Below, piece after piece: positions 27,735 to 39,900 of a stretch of 64,000 nucleotides of DNA. The notes beneath the pieces were generated by a model, which worked only from the letters and a program-made list of their open reading frames with translations, was not told the DNA's origin and made no database searches. How positions within the stretch are numbered: position 1 is the stretch's first letter; the number at the start of each line of letters is the position of its first letter. The stretch is from Octopus vulgaris. Taxonomy: Eukaryota. A program made the position numbers and the translations under genes. The stretch spans positions 48,360,001 to 48,424,000 of the forward strand of contig OX597821.1 in assembly GCA_951406725.2 (NCBI GenBank), written 5' to 3'.

Positions 27735-27960
27735 TGTGTGGCTCTGAGTGTTGCACACATGATTACAAGACAGTGATTTCAATTCCTGGACTGGCAATGT
27801 TTTGTGTTTTTCAGCAAAATACTTCATTTCATGTTGCTCCAGTCCACTGAGTTGGCAAAAGTGAGTAATCCTACATCAGACTAGCATCCTTTCCAGTGGG
27901 GGAATCCAAGAATGCCACAGAATCCAGGAAACCAGCCTTATGAAGCTATGGCTCAGGAAA
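27735..27960 (+). mobile_element. SINE family C, degenerate
   Basis: gatttcaattcc B-box-like motif, gactagcatcc.ttccag and ggaaaccagccttatga; related to 63215-63505. Confidence 0.55.
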
Positions 27961-27989
27961 GACATTTGATTGTTTTCTTTTTGCATATA

Positions 27990-28280
27990 CCTATATATAT
28001 ATAAAACTGTAGTTGTGTGAGTGTCTGTCCCCTTCGATTTAGATTCCTAACTACTCCCACATTTTGCGGTGCAGTTTAACCAAATTCAGGTATCTTATAG
28101 TCGTGATTCATATCAAGCCCGTCTGGCTATTAGCGCACGTCTACAATGAGTCTACGATTTTAAAAATAATTTAACATTATTTTTAGCCCGAATTGGCATC
28201 TATAAGGGAAGTAACTCTCTAAAAATGCGTATATAGTTATTTCCCTTACAAACCCGAGCAACGCCGGGCGATACTGCTAG
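27990..28280 (+). mobile_element. Non-autonomous Helitron
   Basis: 5' (c)ctatatatatataaaa start; 3' GC hairpin cccgagcaacgccggg followed by CTAG and T. Confidence 0.8.
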
Positions 28281-28318
28281 TGCCTTATAAAATTGTGATA
28301 GCTGTGTATCAGTGTATA

Positions 28319-29590
28319 CAGGGGTTGGACAAAATAATGGAAAAACCTAGCATCATAGCAGCATGATTTTGAAATATCTATAAAACCATCAAAAGCTTGA
28401 TTATTTTTATTTTTTGATTTATTATTAATGTTGCCTAATATGTTTTGCTAAAATTGCTGCTTCTTTTCAGATATCATCAGAAAAAGGTAATTAAAATTCA
28501 TTAAAATGACAGACCTATCGGACTTTCAAAGAAGTTAAATTGTTGGTGCTCATATGGCAGGTGCTAGCATAACGAAAACAGCCAAGCTGTTTGGTGTATC
28601 AAGAAGTAGTTTTGAAAGTAATGACAGCCTTTGAGAAAGAGAGAAAAACCTCCTCATCGAAACAAAACTCAGGAAGAAAACTTAAACTTTCAAATAGGGA
28701 TCGTTGGACTCTTATGCAAATTGTTAGAAAGGATCACAAAAGTACACCGCCCAAAATTACTGCAGAGCTTAATGACCACCTTGAGAATCCAGTTTCCACA
28801 AAAACTGTTTGCTGGGAGCTGCACAAAGCCAGATTTCATGGGAGGGCTGCAATCAGAAAACCACTACTTTCAAAAACAAATGTTGCAAAACATTTAAAGT
28901 GGAGTAAAAACTTACAGAATTGGTCCCTAGAGCAGTGGAAGCATTTTATTTTCTTGGATGAGTCATCCCTTACCATATTTCTGACCACCAGCTAAGGATA
29001 CGTGTGGAGACAGCCAAAAGAAGCATTTAACCCAGACTGCCTTCTTCCAACTGTTAAGCATGAAGGAGGATCTGTGATAATCCGGGGTGGGGGCTATATC
29101 CTGGATATCCGCTGGTCCAATGATTTTCCTTCATGGCGGAATTAATAGTCAATACTATTTAAGCATTTTATTTGATCAAATTCATCCTATGGTTGCAGAA
29201 CTGTTTCCAGAGGGAAACGCAATCTTTCAGGATGATAATACACCAATTCACAAAGCTAAAGTTGTTACTGAATGGCATGAGGAACATTCAAGTGAAGTTG
29301 AACATCTTATCTGGCCACCACAGTCCCCAGATCTCGAAGTTATGGAACATTTATGGTGCATTTTAGAAAAACAAGTAAGGAGTCAATATCCTCCACCATC
29401 ATCACTACAAGAACTAGAGACTGTTTTAGCTGAAGAATGGGCAAAAATCCCTTTGGAAACAATTCAAACTTTGTACGAGTCCATACCTCATAGAATTCAA
29501 ACTGTAATTACTGCCAAGGTGGTCCTAACCCATATTAAAATAAATTTGTTTGAAATTTTAAGGTGTTTTCATTATTTTGTCCAACCCCTA
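28319..29590 (+). mobile_element. Full-length Tc1 (DD34E) transposon, inactive
   Basis: TIRs caggggttggacaaaataatggaaa and ttttcattattttgtccaaccccta with TA flanks. Confidence 0.95.
28506..29540 (+). pseudogene. Tc1 transposase pseudogene
   Basis: MTDLSDFQ..., FHGRAAIRKPLLS, FLDES, FQDDNTPIH and WPPQSPDLEVMEHLW; internal stops and frameshifts. Confidence 0.93.
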
Positions 29591-30644
29591 TATATACATA
29601 CATACATATATACATACATACTTACATACATACATACATACATACATTCATACATGCATACATACATACATACATACATATATATATACATACATACATA
29701 CATATATATATACATAAGATAGCTCTGTATATATAAACTTTATATAAGAGGTAATGGATGAGTAATTAGAAAGGAGATAGCAATCAATAAGTTTACCCTT
29801 CTTCCTACTTTTTTACTACACGAAATATCTGTGTTGTTTTTAAAAAATAATTTGTTAAATTTGTTGTATATACTTTTTGTTTATTTATATTTTATTGCTT
29901 TTACTGTTTCTATCTGTTTTTTCTATATTCGTTTTTAATATTTTTTTTACACAGTCGAAATAAATAGCTAGTAAATAAATAAGTACATTCCAAGATAAAA
30001 TATATCATAAAGCTTAAACAGTATTAATTTTATGTTTATTTGACCCTTGAATCAATAATAATAAAAGTCAATCATGGTGAACAAACATAAAGGCAAGCCT
30101 TTATATGGCCAATAGTTTTGTGAACTGGATCATCATCATCATCATCATTAACACCACCACCAACGACAACAACAACAATGCCATCACCATCATTATTATC
30201 AGTTTTTATTCATTTCACCATAATTACATGGACTATCTGTGTCTTCTCCAATACAATGTCTCACTACATGTTTCAACATCCAAAAACACCCTTAGATCAG
30301 ATACTACCAATTCTTCCACAGTTTTATTCTGTTTGGATTGTTTGCCTCTAAACACACTTGGAATATCTATTAAAAGGATCCAAACAACAATAATGGCGAA
30401 ACATACACTGGAACTATAATATAAGTTTCTGTTCATCCTAATTTTGCCTACATTTGCTTTGTGGCTCAAAACTAGTAACAGTACTCAATACAGAAGTTGA
30501 TTGACACTCTATACAACAAACAGACTGGATTACGATAATCTACTACATGGTGCTCTAAACATAACAGTAACAGTTGTACATCAAATTGTACAGAAAATTT
30601 CTTTGAAATTTCTGGTACTGTGCACCACATCTTATTGTAACATG

Positions 30645-30696
<52 letters not shown>

Positions 30697-30721
30697 TCCC
30701 TAATATTATTATTATATATAT

Positions 30722-32705
30722 ACCATCATCATCGTTTAATGTCCACTTTCCATGCTAGCATGGGTTGGACGATTTGACTGAGGTCTGGTGAACCAGATAG
30801 CTGCACCAGACTCCAATCTGATCTGGCAGTGTTTCTAAAGCTGGATGCTCTTCCTAATGCCAACCACTACGAGAGTGTAGTGGGTGCTTTTACGTGCCAC
30901 CGGCATGATGGCCAGTCAGGCGGTACTGGCAGTGGCCACGCTCAAATGGTGCTTTTTACATGCCATTGGCATAGAGGCCAGCTTGTTGCTCTGGCAACGA
31001 TCACGCTCGTATGGTACTCTTAGTGCTCCACTAGCACAGATGCCAGTCATCGAATTTGATTTCGATTTCAGTTTCACTTGCCTAAACAGGTTTTCACAAG
31101 CATAATTTAGTGTCCAATGAAGGAAAGGTATGCATAAGTAAGCTGGTTACACCCCTGGCATAGGCCACAAGGTTATGGTCTCACTTGAGTTTGCTGAGTC
31201 ATCTCAAGCACAGCATATTTCCAAGAGGCCCAATGTTCGAAGGTCATGTTTCGCCACCTCATCCTAGGTCTTCCTGAGTCTACCTCTTCCACAGGTTCCC
31301 TCAGCTGCTATGGTGTGGTACTTTTTCACACTGCTATCTACATCCATATGGCCATACCAGCACAGTCATCTCTCTTGCACACTACATCTGATGCTTCTTA
31401 GGTCGAACTTTTCTCTCAAGGTACTAACACTCTCTCGTATATGCACACTGACATTACACATCCATCGGAGCACACTGGCTTCATTCCTGATGAGCTTACG
31501 CATCTCCTCAGCAGTCACGGCCCATGTAGCATGGCTGTTCGTATACATGCGTCATACAGTCTACCTTTTACTCTGAGCGAGAGGCCCTTTGTCACCAGCA
31601 GAGGTAAGAGCTCCCTGAACTTTGCGGCTACACTTTCAGCGCACCCTCCCCCACTACTGACTTGGTCAACTCGGTAACAGAAGCTATCAACTACATCTAG
31701 TTTTTCTCCATGGAATGTGGCGGAAGTTATTCTCTGCACATTTTCAGTGTTTATTGCTCCTGAGCATCTGTCACAAACAAAACTATCTTTCCATGTGGCC
31801 TTCTTTGATATTGTTGCACTTCTTATGTGACCATAGCTTACACTGGGTACATCTTATGGAGTTTCTAATAACGCCTTTTCCACAGATTGAGCAGGTCCAT
31901 CTACCTGAAGGGATTTGTGGTTTGCTTGCCTTCCTACTTATTAGGACTTTGGTTTTAGCTAGGTTGACTCTAAGGCCCTTCGATTCCAATCCTTGTTTCC
32001 ACACCTGAAACTTCTCCTCTAGTTCTGATAGTGACTCAGCAATTAGAGCAAGGTCGTCAGCATAAAGGAACTCCCAGGGGCATCCTGTCTTGAATTCCTC
32101 TGTTATTGCCTGGAAGACTATGATAAATAAGAGGGGACTGAAGACTGAACCTTGGTGGACCCCTACCTCTACCCAGAATTCTTCACTGTACTCATTGCCA
32201 ACTCTCACTTTACTGACAGTGTCCCTGTACATGGCTTGCACAGCTCTCATTAATCATTCATCTATCCCTGCTTTCCTCATTGCCCACCAGATAAGGGATT
32301 GGGGGACCCTGTCAAAGGCTTTCTCCATGTCATCGAAAGCCAGGTACAGAGGTTTATCTTTGGCTAGGTATTTCTCCTGCAGCTGTCTTACCAGAAATAT
32401 AGCATCAGTGCTACTTTTCCCTGGCATGAACCCAAACTGCATCTCATCTAAACTGACTCTCTCCCTAATTAGTTGGGCTATAACCTTCTCCATGACCTTT
32501 ATTACCTGATCCAACAGCTTGATACCTCTGTAATTATTTGTATCTAAAGTGTCACCTTTACATTTGTAGCAGTTGACTATTATGCTGCTACACCAATCAT
32601 TGGGTATGACTCCATGTATCACCTGGTTAACTATACGGGTAACTAGGCTATAGCCGACACTGCCAGATATTATGAGTATCTCTGCAGTAATTCCTGATGG
32701 GAATT
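30722..32705 (-). mobile_element. 5'-truncated RTE LINE, degenerate
   Basis: NYRGIKLL, QFGFMPGKS, DMEKAFDRV, GVHQGSVFSP and LYADDL, plus a Cys/His finger, 3' UTR and (CAT)n tail on the plus strand. Confidence 0.95.
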
Positions 32706-33329
32706 TCCTGTATGATGGCCAGATCCACCCTCCACACAATGATTGTGTGACATCACTTCATTAAGAGAAATTTACTTAGACACTGAACAAGTTTGAGAAG
32801 ACTGATTGCATCACTTTCCTCATGTCTAAATAGGAGGCAATTATGTTGAGAGAAAGACAAAGATGGAGATTACTAGCCTGGAGGTCAACTGAGAATTTCT
32901 ACAAGATAACCTGTTGGTGGTCAAAGACCAGTCCTATAGATGGAGTGAGATTCCAGCCAGATAGATGATACCACAGTGGTGAAATGTGGTATATGGAAAC
33001 ATGAAAGTTAACAGACAGGCCTGAAAGGAACGCAAGGAAGAGACAAGAAACACACACCTAGAATCTAAAAGAGAAGATTGCCATTAGGTATACTTAATAT
33101 GGAGAGAAGCAGAAAGTCACAAGTTTGACAATGCTTTGCAAGGTAAGGATCAGAGGTTTGAAGTGATCCAGACAGTAAAGTAGTGGCTCAGTATAAATCA
33201 ACAAGTTGGAAAGATCTGCAAAGTCATGGAAATACATTTACAACAGGTTACTGAAAGAGGAGAGATCATGGAAGAGAGAGAGAGAGATTAAAGTAAGTAG
33301 ACCCAATGGACAGAGTAGCTATTAAAATT

Positions 33330-33552
33330 GACACATGCTATATGGTTTAACTAGGAAATCAGGATATGAACATAAAGAAGACAATATCAGGGATAGATGC
33401 AAAAGTATTGAAAATTGTTGGTGAAGTAGAGGTTGCAGATTTACTTGTATAGTCAATCAGATGGTATATAAAAGAGCCATTCTCAATGACTGATGTAATA
33501 GTATAATCATTTGCAAATATGAGGTCACATAGAGATATTCTAGACAGAAGCA
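33330..33552 (+). pseudogene. Old RTE RT N-terminal remnant
   Basis: SGIDAKVLKIVG...ND*CNSIII...DILDRS resembles 32560-32700. Confidence 0.5.
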
Positions 33553-33949
33553 GGGTGTGTGTGTGTGTGTAAGTCTATTGAATAGAACACATTGCATTTA
33601 GCTGGTATTCATTTAAATTTAATTGCAACATGAAAATCTGATTCATTAGTCTACTGTGTTCGATTAACCATGCAATTAATGATCTTATAATAAATAATAA
33701 ATCACTATTTGTAGTGACGGCGATTATATCTGTAAAATGATGGACGACTAATCTCCATATTCTTCAACTAGACTTTTGCAGCAGACAATCTATGTGCATC
33801 CATATATGTATATGTGTGTGTGCATCATCATCATTTAACATTTGTGTTCCATACCACAAGAGCTGGCCAGGCCGAAGCTTGCACCAGACTTCTGTGATTA
33901 TTTTGGCAGGATTTTTACAGCTGGATGCCCTTCCTAACAACAATATATA

Positions 33950-34421
33950 TTTTATTTGTTTCAGTCATTAAACAGTCGCCATACTGGAGTACTGCTTTGA
34001 AGAAGTTTTAGTCGACCCCAGTACTTATATTTTTTAAGGCCTGGAACTTATTCTATCATCCTTTTTTTGCTAAACTGCTAGGTTACAGGGATGTAAAGAC
34101 ACCGACACTAGTTGTAAGGCAGTATGAGAGAAAAACGCAAACACACACACATATAGCCTACTTCTGCTATAGCCTCGGGCCGACCAAAGCCTTGTGAGTA
34201 GATTTGGTAGACAGAAACTGAAAGAAGCCTGTCGTATATATGGATATTTATACATACTCTTACTCTCTTTTACTCTTTTACTTGTTTCAGTCATTTGACT
34301 GTGGCCATGCTGGAGCACCGCCTTTAGTCGAGCAAATCGACCCCAGAGCTTATTCTTTGTAAGCCCAGTACTTATTCTATCGGTCTCTTTTGCCGAACCG
34401 CTAAGTGACGGGGACGTAAAC
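33950..34421. mobile_element. Rearranged SINE family A cluster (minus, plus, minus pieces)
   Basis: 33950-34155 minus 3' half, 34160-34240 plus middle, 34255-34421 minus 3' half. Confidence 0.8.
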
Positions 34422-34660
34422 AGGTGTTAGCTTGCTGAAGAACAACATTGTCTGGTGTTAAAGACTTCCATTTGATGTCTAGTATTCTCCTTAGGCAAGT
34501 GTCTGATGGAATCTTTCTAAAGTCTTAATGTGGCGTTGGTATGTCGTCCAGGTCTCAGAAGAGTACAGGAGGACTGTTAAAATACAAGATTCATAGATAC
34601 TAAGCTTGGTTTTGAAGGTGATACCTCTATCAGGCCACACATGATTTTCAAGCTTTCCAT
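34422..34660 (-). pseudogene. RTE (BovB-type) RT C-terminal fragment
   Basis: GKLENHVWPDRGITFKTKLSIYESCILTVLLYSSETW; near-identical to 56430-56595. Confidence 0.85.
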
Positions 34661-34789
34661 ATGTATTTACACACACATACACACACACACATATTTATAT
34701 ATATGATAGTAGTCTCATGGAGTCCAAGAAAGAAAGTTCTGTCCAATGAGTTGTTTATAGTGATAAACTGTATGTGCTGGACAGTTACA

Positions 34790-34945
34790 CACATTAGATG
34801 TGTTACATACATCAGGTGTTAAAGTGGTTGTAGAGCAAAGTGAGATGAAGTATTTTGCTCAAGAAAAACAACACAATCTGATCCAGGAATTGAAACCATA
34901 ATCTATCAGTTGTGAGTGCAACACCCTAACCAATAGTCTTTGTGC
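34790..34945 (-). mobile_element. SINE family C-like head
   Basis: Minus strand tggttagggtgttgcactcac...ggtttcaattcctgg...ttgagcaaaatacttcat matches 27735-27830. Confidence 0.55.
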
Positions 34946-34964
34946 GTATATATATATATACACG

Positions 34965-35012
<48 letters not shown>

Positions 35013-35091
35013 AGAATATAGGAGAAATACCTAGCCAATATAGGAGAAATACCTAGCCAAAGATAAGCCCCTGTACCTGGCTTTCGTTGAC

Positions 35092-36312
35092 ATGGAGAAA
35101 GCCTTTGATAGGGTCCCCCGATCCCTTATCTGGTGGTCAATGAGGAAACTAGGGATAGATGAATGGCTGGTGAGGACTGTGCAAGCCATGTACAGAGATG
35201 CCGTAAGTAAGGTTAGGGTTGGCAACATGTACACAGAAGAATTCAAAGTAGAGGTTGGGGTCCACCAGGGTTCAGTACTCAGCCCCCTCCTATTTATCAT
35301 AGTACTCCAGGCAATTACGGAGGAATTCAAGACAGGCTGTCCCTGGGAGCTCCTCTACGCTGACGACCTTGCTCTTATTGCTGAGTCACTATCAGAACTG
35401 GAGGAGAAGTTCCAGGTGTGGAAGGAGGGTTTAGAATCAAGGGGCCTTAGAGTCAACCTAGCTAAAACCAAAGTACTAATAAGTAGAAAGGTAGACAATC
35501 CACAAATATCTTCAGGAAGATGGCCCTGCTCGATCTGTAGAAAAGGTGTAGGTAGAAACTCTATAAGATGTACCCAGTGTAAGCTATGGACACATAAGAG
35601 GTGCAGCAATGTCAAAGGTAGGCTAACTGGGAAGATAGTTTTTGTATGTGGCAGATGCTCGGGAGCATTAACCTCCGAAAATCTGCAGAAAACAACTTCC
35701 GTCACTTTCCAGGGGGAAAAACTAGAAGTAGTTGATAGCTTCCGTTATCTAGGTGACCAAGTCAGTAGTGGGGGTGGGTGCGCTGAAAGTGTAACTGCTA
35801 GAATAAGAATAGCCTGGGCAAAGTTTAGGGAGCTCTTACCTCTGCTGGTGACTAAAGGCCTCTCGCTCAGAGTAAAAGGCAGACTGTATGATGCGTGTGT
35901 ACGAACAGCCATGCTACATGGCAGCGAAACATGGGCCGTGACTGCTGAGGACATGCGTAAGCTCGTGAGGAATGAAGCCAGTATGCTCCGATGGATGTGT
36001 AATGTCAGTGTACATACTCGACAGAGCGTTAGCACCTTGAGAGAAATGTTGTACCTAAGAAGCATCAGTTGTGGTGTGCAAGAGAGACGATTGCGCTGGT
36101 ATGGTCATGTGGCGAGAATGGATGAAGATAGGTGTGTGAGAAAGTGCCAATCCCTAGCAGTTGAGGGAACCCGTGGAAGAGGTAGACCCAGGAAAACCTG
36201 GGACGAGGTGGTGAAGCACGACCTTCGAACTTTAGGCCTCACTGAGGAAATGACCAGAGACCGAGACCTTTGGAAATATTCTGTACGTGAGAAGACCAGG
36301 CAGGACAAGTGA
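35092..36312 (+). CDS. RTE reverse transcriptase C-terminal half (5'-truncated ORF) with inserted C4HC3 PHD-type finger
   Basis: 406 aa with no stops: EKAFDRV, GVHQGSVLSP, LYADDL, FRYLG, GSETW, RLRWYGHV and RGRGRPRKTW. The frame extends upstream to about 35044. Confidence 0.93.
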   Translation: MEKAFDRVPRSLIWWSMRKLGIDEWLVRTVQAMYRDAVSKVRVGNMYTEEFKVEVGVHQGSVLSPLLFIIVLQAITEEFKTGCPWELLYADDLALIAESLSELEEKFQVWKEGLESRGLRVNLAKTKVLISRKVDNPQISSGRWPCSICRKGVGRNSIRCTQCKLWTHKRCSNVKGRLTGKIVFVCGRCSGALTSENLQKTTSVTFQGEKLEVVDSFRYLGDQVSSGGGCAESVTARIRIAWAKFRELLPLLVTKGLSLRVKGRLYDACVRTAMLHGSETWAVTAEDMRKLVRNEASMLRWMCNVSVHTRQSVSTLREMLYLRSISCGVQERRLRWYGHVARMDEDRCVRKCQSLAVEGTRGRGRPRKTWDEVVKHDLRTLGLTEEMTRDRDLWKYSVREKTRQDK

Positions 36313-36397
36313 GCCCAGCCCACTTATGAATGCCTTTCCTCCCTTGGACACAAAGACCGGTTGAGGCAAGCGAAGTCGATATAGAACCTCATCCGAC

Positions 36398-36850
36398 GAC
36401 AGACACCCATGCCAACCCCCCATGCTTGCGAAGACATGTTGGGGCAAGCGAAATCGAAATCGAAACCGAATTGAACCAGCCAGGATCCCTGGCCTGGTGG
36501 TACGTAAAAAGCACTATCCGACTCGTGGCCGTGGCACGTAAAATACTCCAATGCGACCGTACGACAGGCACCCATGCCAACCCCCTTTGCTTGTGAAGAC
36601 ATGTTGGGGCAAGCGAAATCGAAATCGAATTGAACCAGCCAGGATCCCTGGTCTGATGGTACGTAAAAAGCACTATCCGACTCGTGGCCGTGGCACGTAA
36701 AATACTCCAATGCGACCGTACGACAGGCACCCTTGCCAACCCCCTTTGCTTGTGAAGACATGTTGGGGCAAGCGAAATCGAAATCGAATTGAACCAGCCA
36801 GGATCCCTGGTCTGGTGGTACGTAAAAGCACTATCCGACTCGTGGCCGAT
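36398..36850 (+). repeat. ~160-bp tandem repeat in RTE 3' UTR (about 2.8 units)
   Basis: Units start at 36398, 36563 and 36722 (gacag.caccc.tgccaacccc...). Confidence 0.9.
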
Positions 36851-37150
36851 GCCAGCACCGCCTCGACTGGCTTCCGTGCCGGTGGCACATAAAATACACC
36901 AATCTGACCGTGGCCGTTGCCAGCCCCGCCTGGCACCTGTGCAGGTGGCACGTAAAAAGCACCCACTACACTCACGGAGTGGTTGGCGTTAGGAAGGGCA
37001 TCCAGCTGTAGAAACATTGCCAAATTTAGACTGGAGCCTGGTGCAGCCTTCTGGCTTCCCAGAACCCCGGTCGAACCGTCCAACCCATGCTAGCATGGAG
37101 AACGGACGTTAAACGACGATGATGATGATGATGATATATATATATATATA

Positions 37151-38398
37151 TTAGGTCGTCAAGTATGAAATTTGTAGTAGGTATATGGTAAACTTTTACA
37201 CCTGCTCATTTTGCACCATTATCATATTTTGATAACCTTTATTTTTTGTTAGAAAGCTGACACACCTATTTCTTTATTCTAACTCATTTTGCACAAAATT
37301 TATAAATTGTTGTCGGAAATTCGTACAGTTTTGAAATATGAGTTCTTTCTTGGAAATACAGAATCACAGACAGCTCGCAATATTAATGGAGTATTTCATT
37401 CTAATCTTATTACACTGCAGATAGTATCAAATTCGTTTGCAAAATTTCGTTCTGGTAACTTTGACCTGACAAATAAGCAATGCAGTCGACCAGAAACAAA
37501 AGTGGATAATGACGAACTGAAAGCCACTGGTTGGATCAGATCCATCTCAAAGTGCCCGAGAATTATCATTGTTGTTTGGTGTTAGCAAACAAATAATATT
37601 GACTCACCTAGTTCAAATCAGTAAAGTGTAAAATTTGGATAAGTGGGTTCCACATGAACTCAATGAAAATCAGAAACAGCAACATTTGGAAGCCTGCATT
37701 ATGCTACTTTCTCGTCACAAAAATGAATCACTTTTGAATCGAATTGTAACATGTGATGAGAAATGGATCCAATACAACAACCATAAACATTCAGCCCAAT
37801 AGTTGAACAGAGACAATCCACCAAAACACAGTCCAAAAAGCAAAATTTATGAAAAGAAGCTGATGGTGTGTGTTTGGTGGTCTGGCACAGGTGTGATCTA
37901 TTATGATTTCATTAAACCTGGCTCATCAATCACGGCCGAAGTATACTGCAGCCAACTGGACCAAATGATGCAGAAACTTACAAAAAGCAGCCTAGACTAG
38001 TCAACAGATCCACTCCTATTTTATTACAAGACAATGCCAAACCACACATCACAAAAAGACACTGGCAAAACTATAGGAGTTGGAGTTGGAAGTTCTCTAT
38101 CATCCACCATAGTCACCTGTTCTTGCCCCCACTGACTACCACGTCTTCCACGATTTTGATAACTTTTTGATTGGAAAAGCATTTAATTCCGACAATGCTG
38201 TAAAATAGGCCTTCAAGGATTTTATTGACTCTAGATTGCCAGGCTTTTACAGTTCCAGGCTGGACAAGCTACTGCTGAAATGGTAAAAATGTATTGACAA
38301 TATGGGTGCATACTTTGAAGAATAAAACTATTCCTAGTATTTATAAAACATTAGCAAATTCTTTTTCTTTTCTACAAATTTCATACTTGGAGAAAAAA
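37151..38398 (+). mobile_element. Full-length mariner (DD34D), inactive
   Basis: TIR core caagtatgaaatttgtag / ctacaaatttcatacttg; FAKFRSGNFDL, WVPHEL, IVTCDEKW, QDNAKPH and HPP*SPVLAPTDYH. Confidence 0.95.
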
Positions 38399-39056
38399 TG
38401 TCGTCAGAATTTTGGAAAAAATCTTTTTATTTCTTCATTATTATTAGTTGTTTCTCGAACTTGTCAAATGTTTCTTAGGTTTATGTCTCAGATGTATGCC
38501 ACACTGCAACTCCACATAAAATAATTGCTTTGGCAACCTATCGTCCTGCATCCTAGCAAGGTGCCCAACCCAATGCATCTGATTGCATATGAGGATCTAC
38601 CAATTTAGGGACAATACAACCTACAGTCAACGAATTAGTAAAAAAACCTTCATTACAAAATACAGACCCTTTTGAATGCATCAACAAGAAACGACATATC
38701 CCCCACGGTCTTAGAATAACAAACACACATGCAAATAATTAAAAATGATACACTCAAGAGATTCCCAAGAATTCATTAAAAAACAGTCCCACTCACTGCT
38801 ATAATCCATAACGCAGAACATTTATCACCTACATTCCTTCTTATTCTCCCTTCTCATCCATCTTCTTCTTCTTTGTCTTCTTCCTCCTCCTTCCTAACTT
38901 TACCACTATTGCTGTTTAGAATAACACCTATGCAAATTTTATAAACAAAACATTCAAAAGAGATGTTTCAGGAATTCAACAATTACTACTGTCATCCACA
39001 GTGGGTCATTTTCGGCAGATGACCATTCAACATACTACTGTCATGGCACTCCCACA

Positions 39057-39108
39057 TTCTTCTTCTTCTTCTTCTTCTTCTTCTTCTTCTTCTTCTTCTT
39101 CTTCTTCT
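39057..39108. repeat. (TTC)n microsatellite
   Basis: Direct reading. Confidence 0.95.
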
Positions 39109-39374
39109 GCCCTACCAAGAATTCAGGATGACCTCCAACACACATGAGTAAACAAGAGAGACAGAGACAGGCAGAAACAAGGAAAATGCCACTTATATTT
39201 AAACACTATACAAATATTCTTTTAAAAAAACTTTTCTCTTAATTTTTCCAAAATTTAATTGTTTTCCATACTTATAGTTGAAAAAGTCTCAATGACTGAG
39301 ACCGGTGCTGAAATGTTTTTTATAAAATTATTTTAGCATTTTCTATCTCGACTTTTTTCCATATATATATATGC

Positions 39375-39553
39375 ATTTTTTTCCCTCTGTCCTCCCACCT
39401 CAGGATCTTTCTTTCTCCTATGTTTCTGACGAAGAGCTCCGCTCGAAACGTCATACCCTCCTTCTTCCCTTTTTTCCTGAGCGCCTAATAATACTTTAAT
39501 TGTTCCACCTCCTCGCGTTGTTGTCTTTTTTGTTTTCTTGTTTGGATTAACTT

Positions 39554-39555
<2 letters not shown>
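39375..39555 (+). mobile_element. Short Penelope-like unit with canonical-core hammerhead
   Basis: Same family as 21030-21225; TA-repeat flanks. Confidence 0.65.
39422..39456 (+). ncRNA. Minimal type I hammerhead ribozyme fold
   Basis: gttt CTGACGA A GAGC tcc GCTC GAA ACGT C atac. Confidence 0.7.
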
Positions 39556-39611
<56 letters not shown>

Positions 39612-39900
39612 CATATATATATATACATATATATATATATTTACATACATATATATATATATTTAATGTAGGATAAAAATTTTTTCGAAAAAAAATGTTA
39701 TCAATGGCCAGCATATTAAAAAATACCTTTAAAGGTTAAAATTATAAACAACTTATAAATAAATAAGGGCAAACAAAAAAGTTTCTAATGCCAAATATGC
39801 CGAAAATTGGACATATTGTCCATTACCATATAATTTATCACAATACGCACGCTACTTGAAAAAAAAGGCGACAGAAATTTCTAAAAAAATTCCATTATTA

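Larger units (their letters stand above)
35011..37135 (+). mobile_element. Young 5'-truncated RTE LINE inserted in a (TA)n tract
   Basis: Uninterrupted RT ORF, repeat-containing 3' UTR, terminal palindrome ccatgctagcatgg (37085-37098), (GAT)n tail and TA repeats on both sides. Confidence 0.97.

Noticed and set aside
36324-37083. Overlapping minus-strand ORFs with repeated peptides; CRISPR-like appearance
   Set aside because: They arise from tandem repeats in the RTE 3' UTR. There are no unique spacers or cas genes, and the context is eukaryotic.
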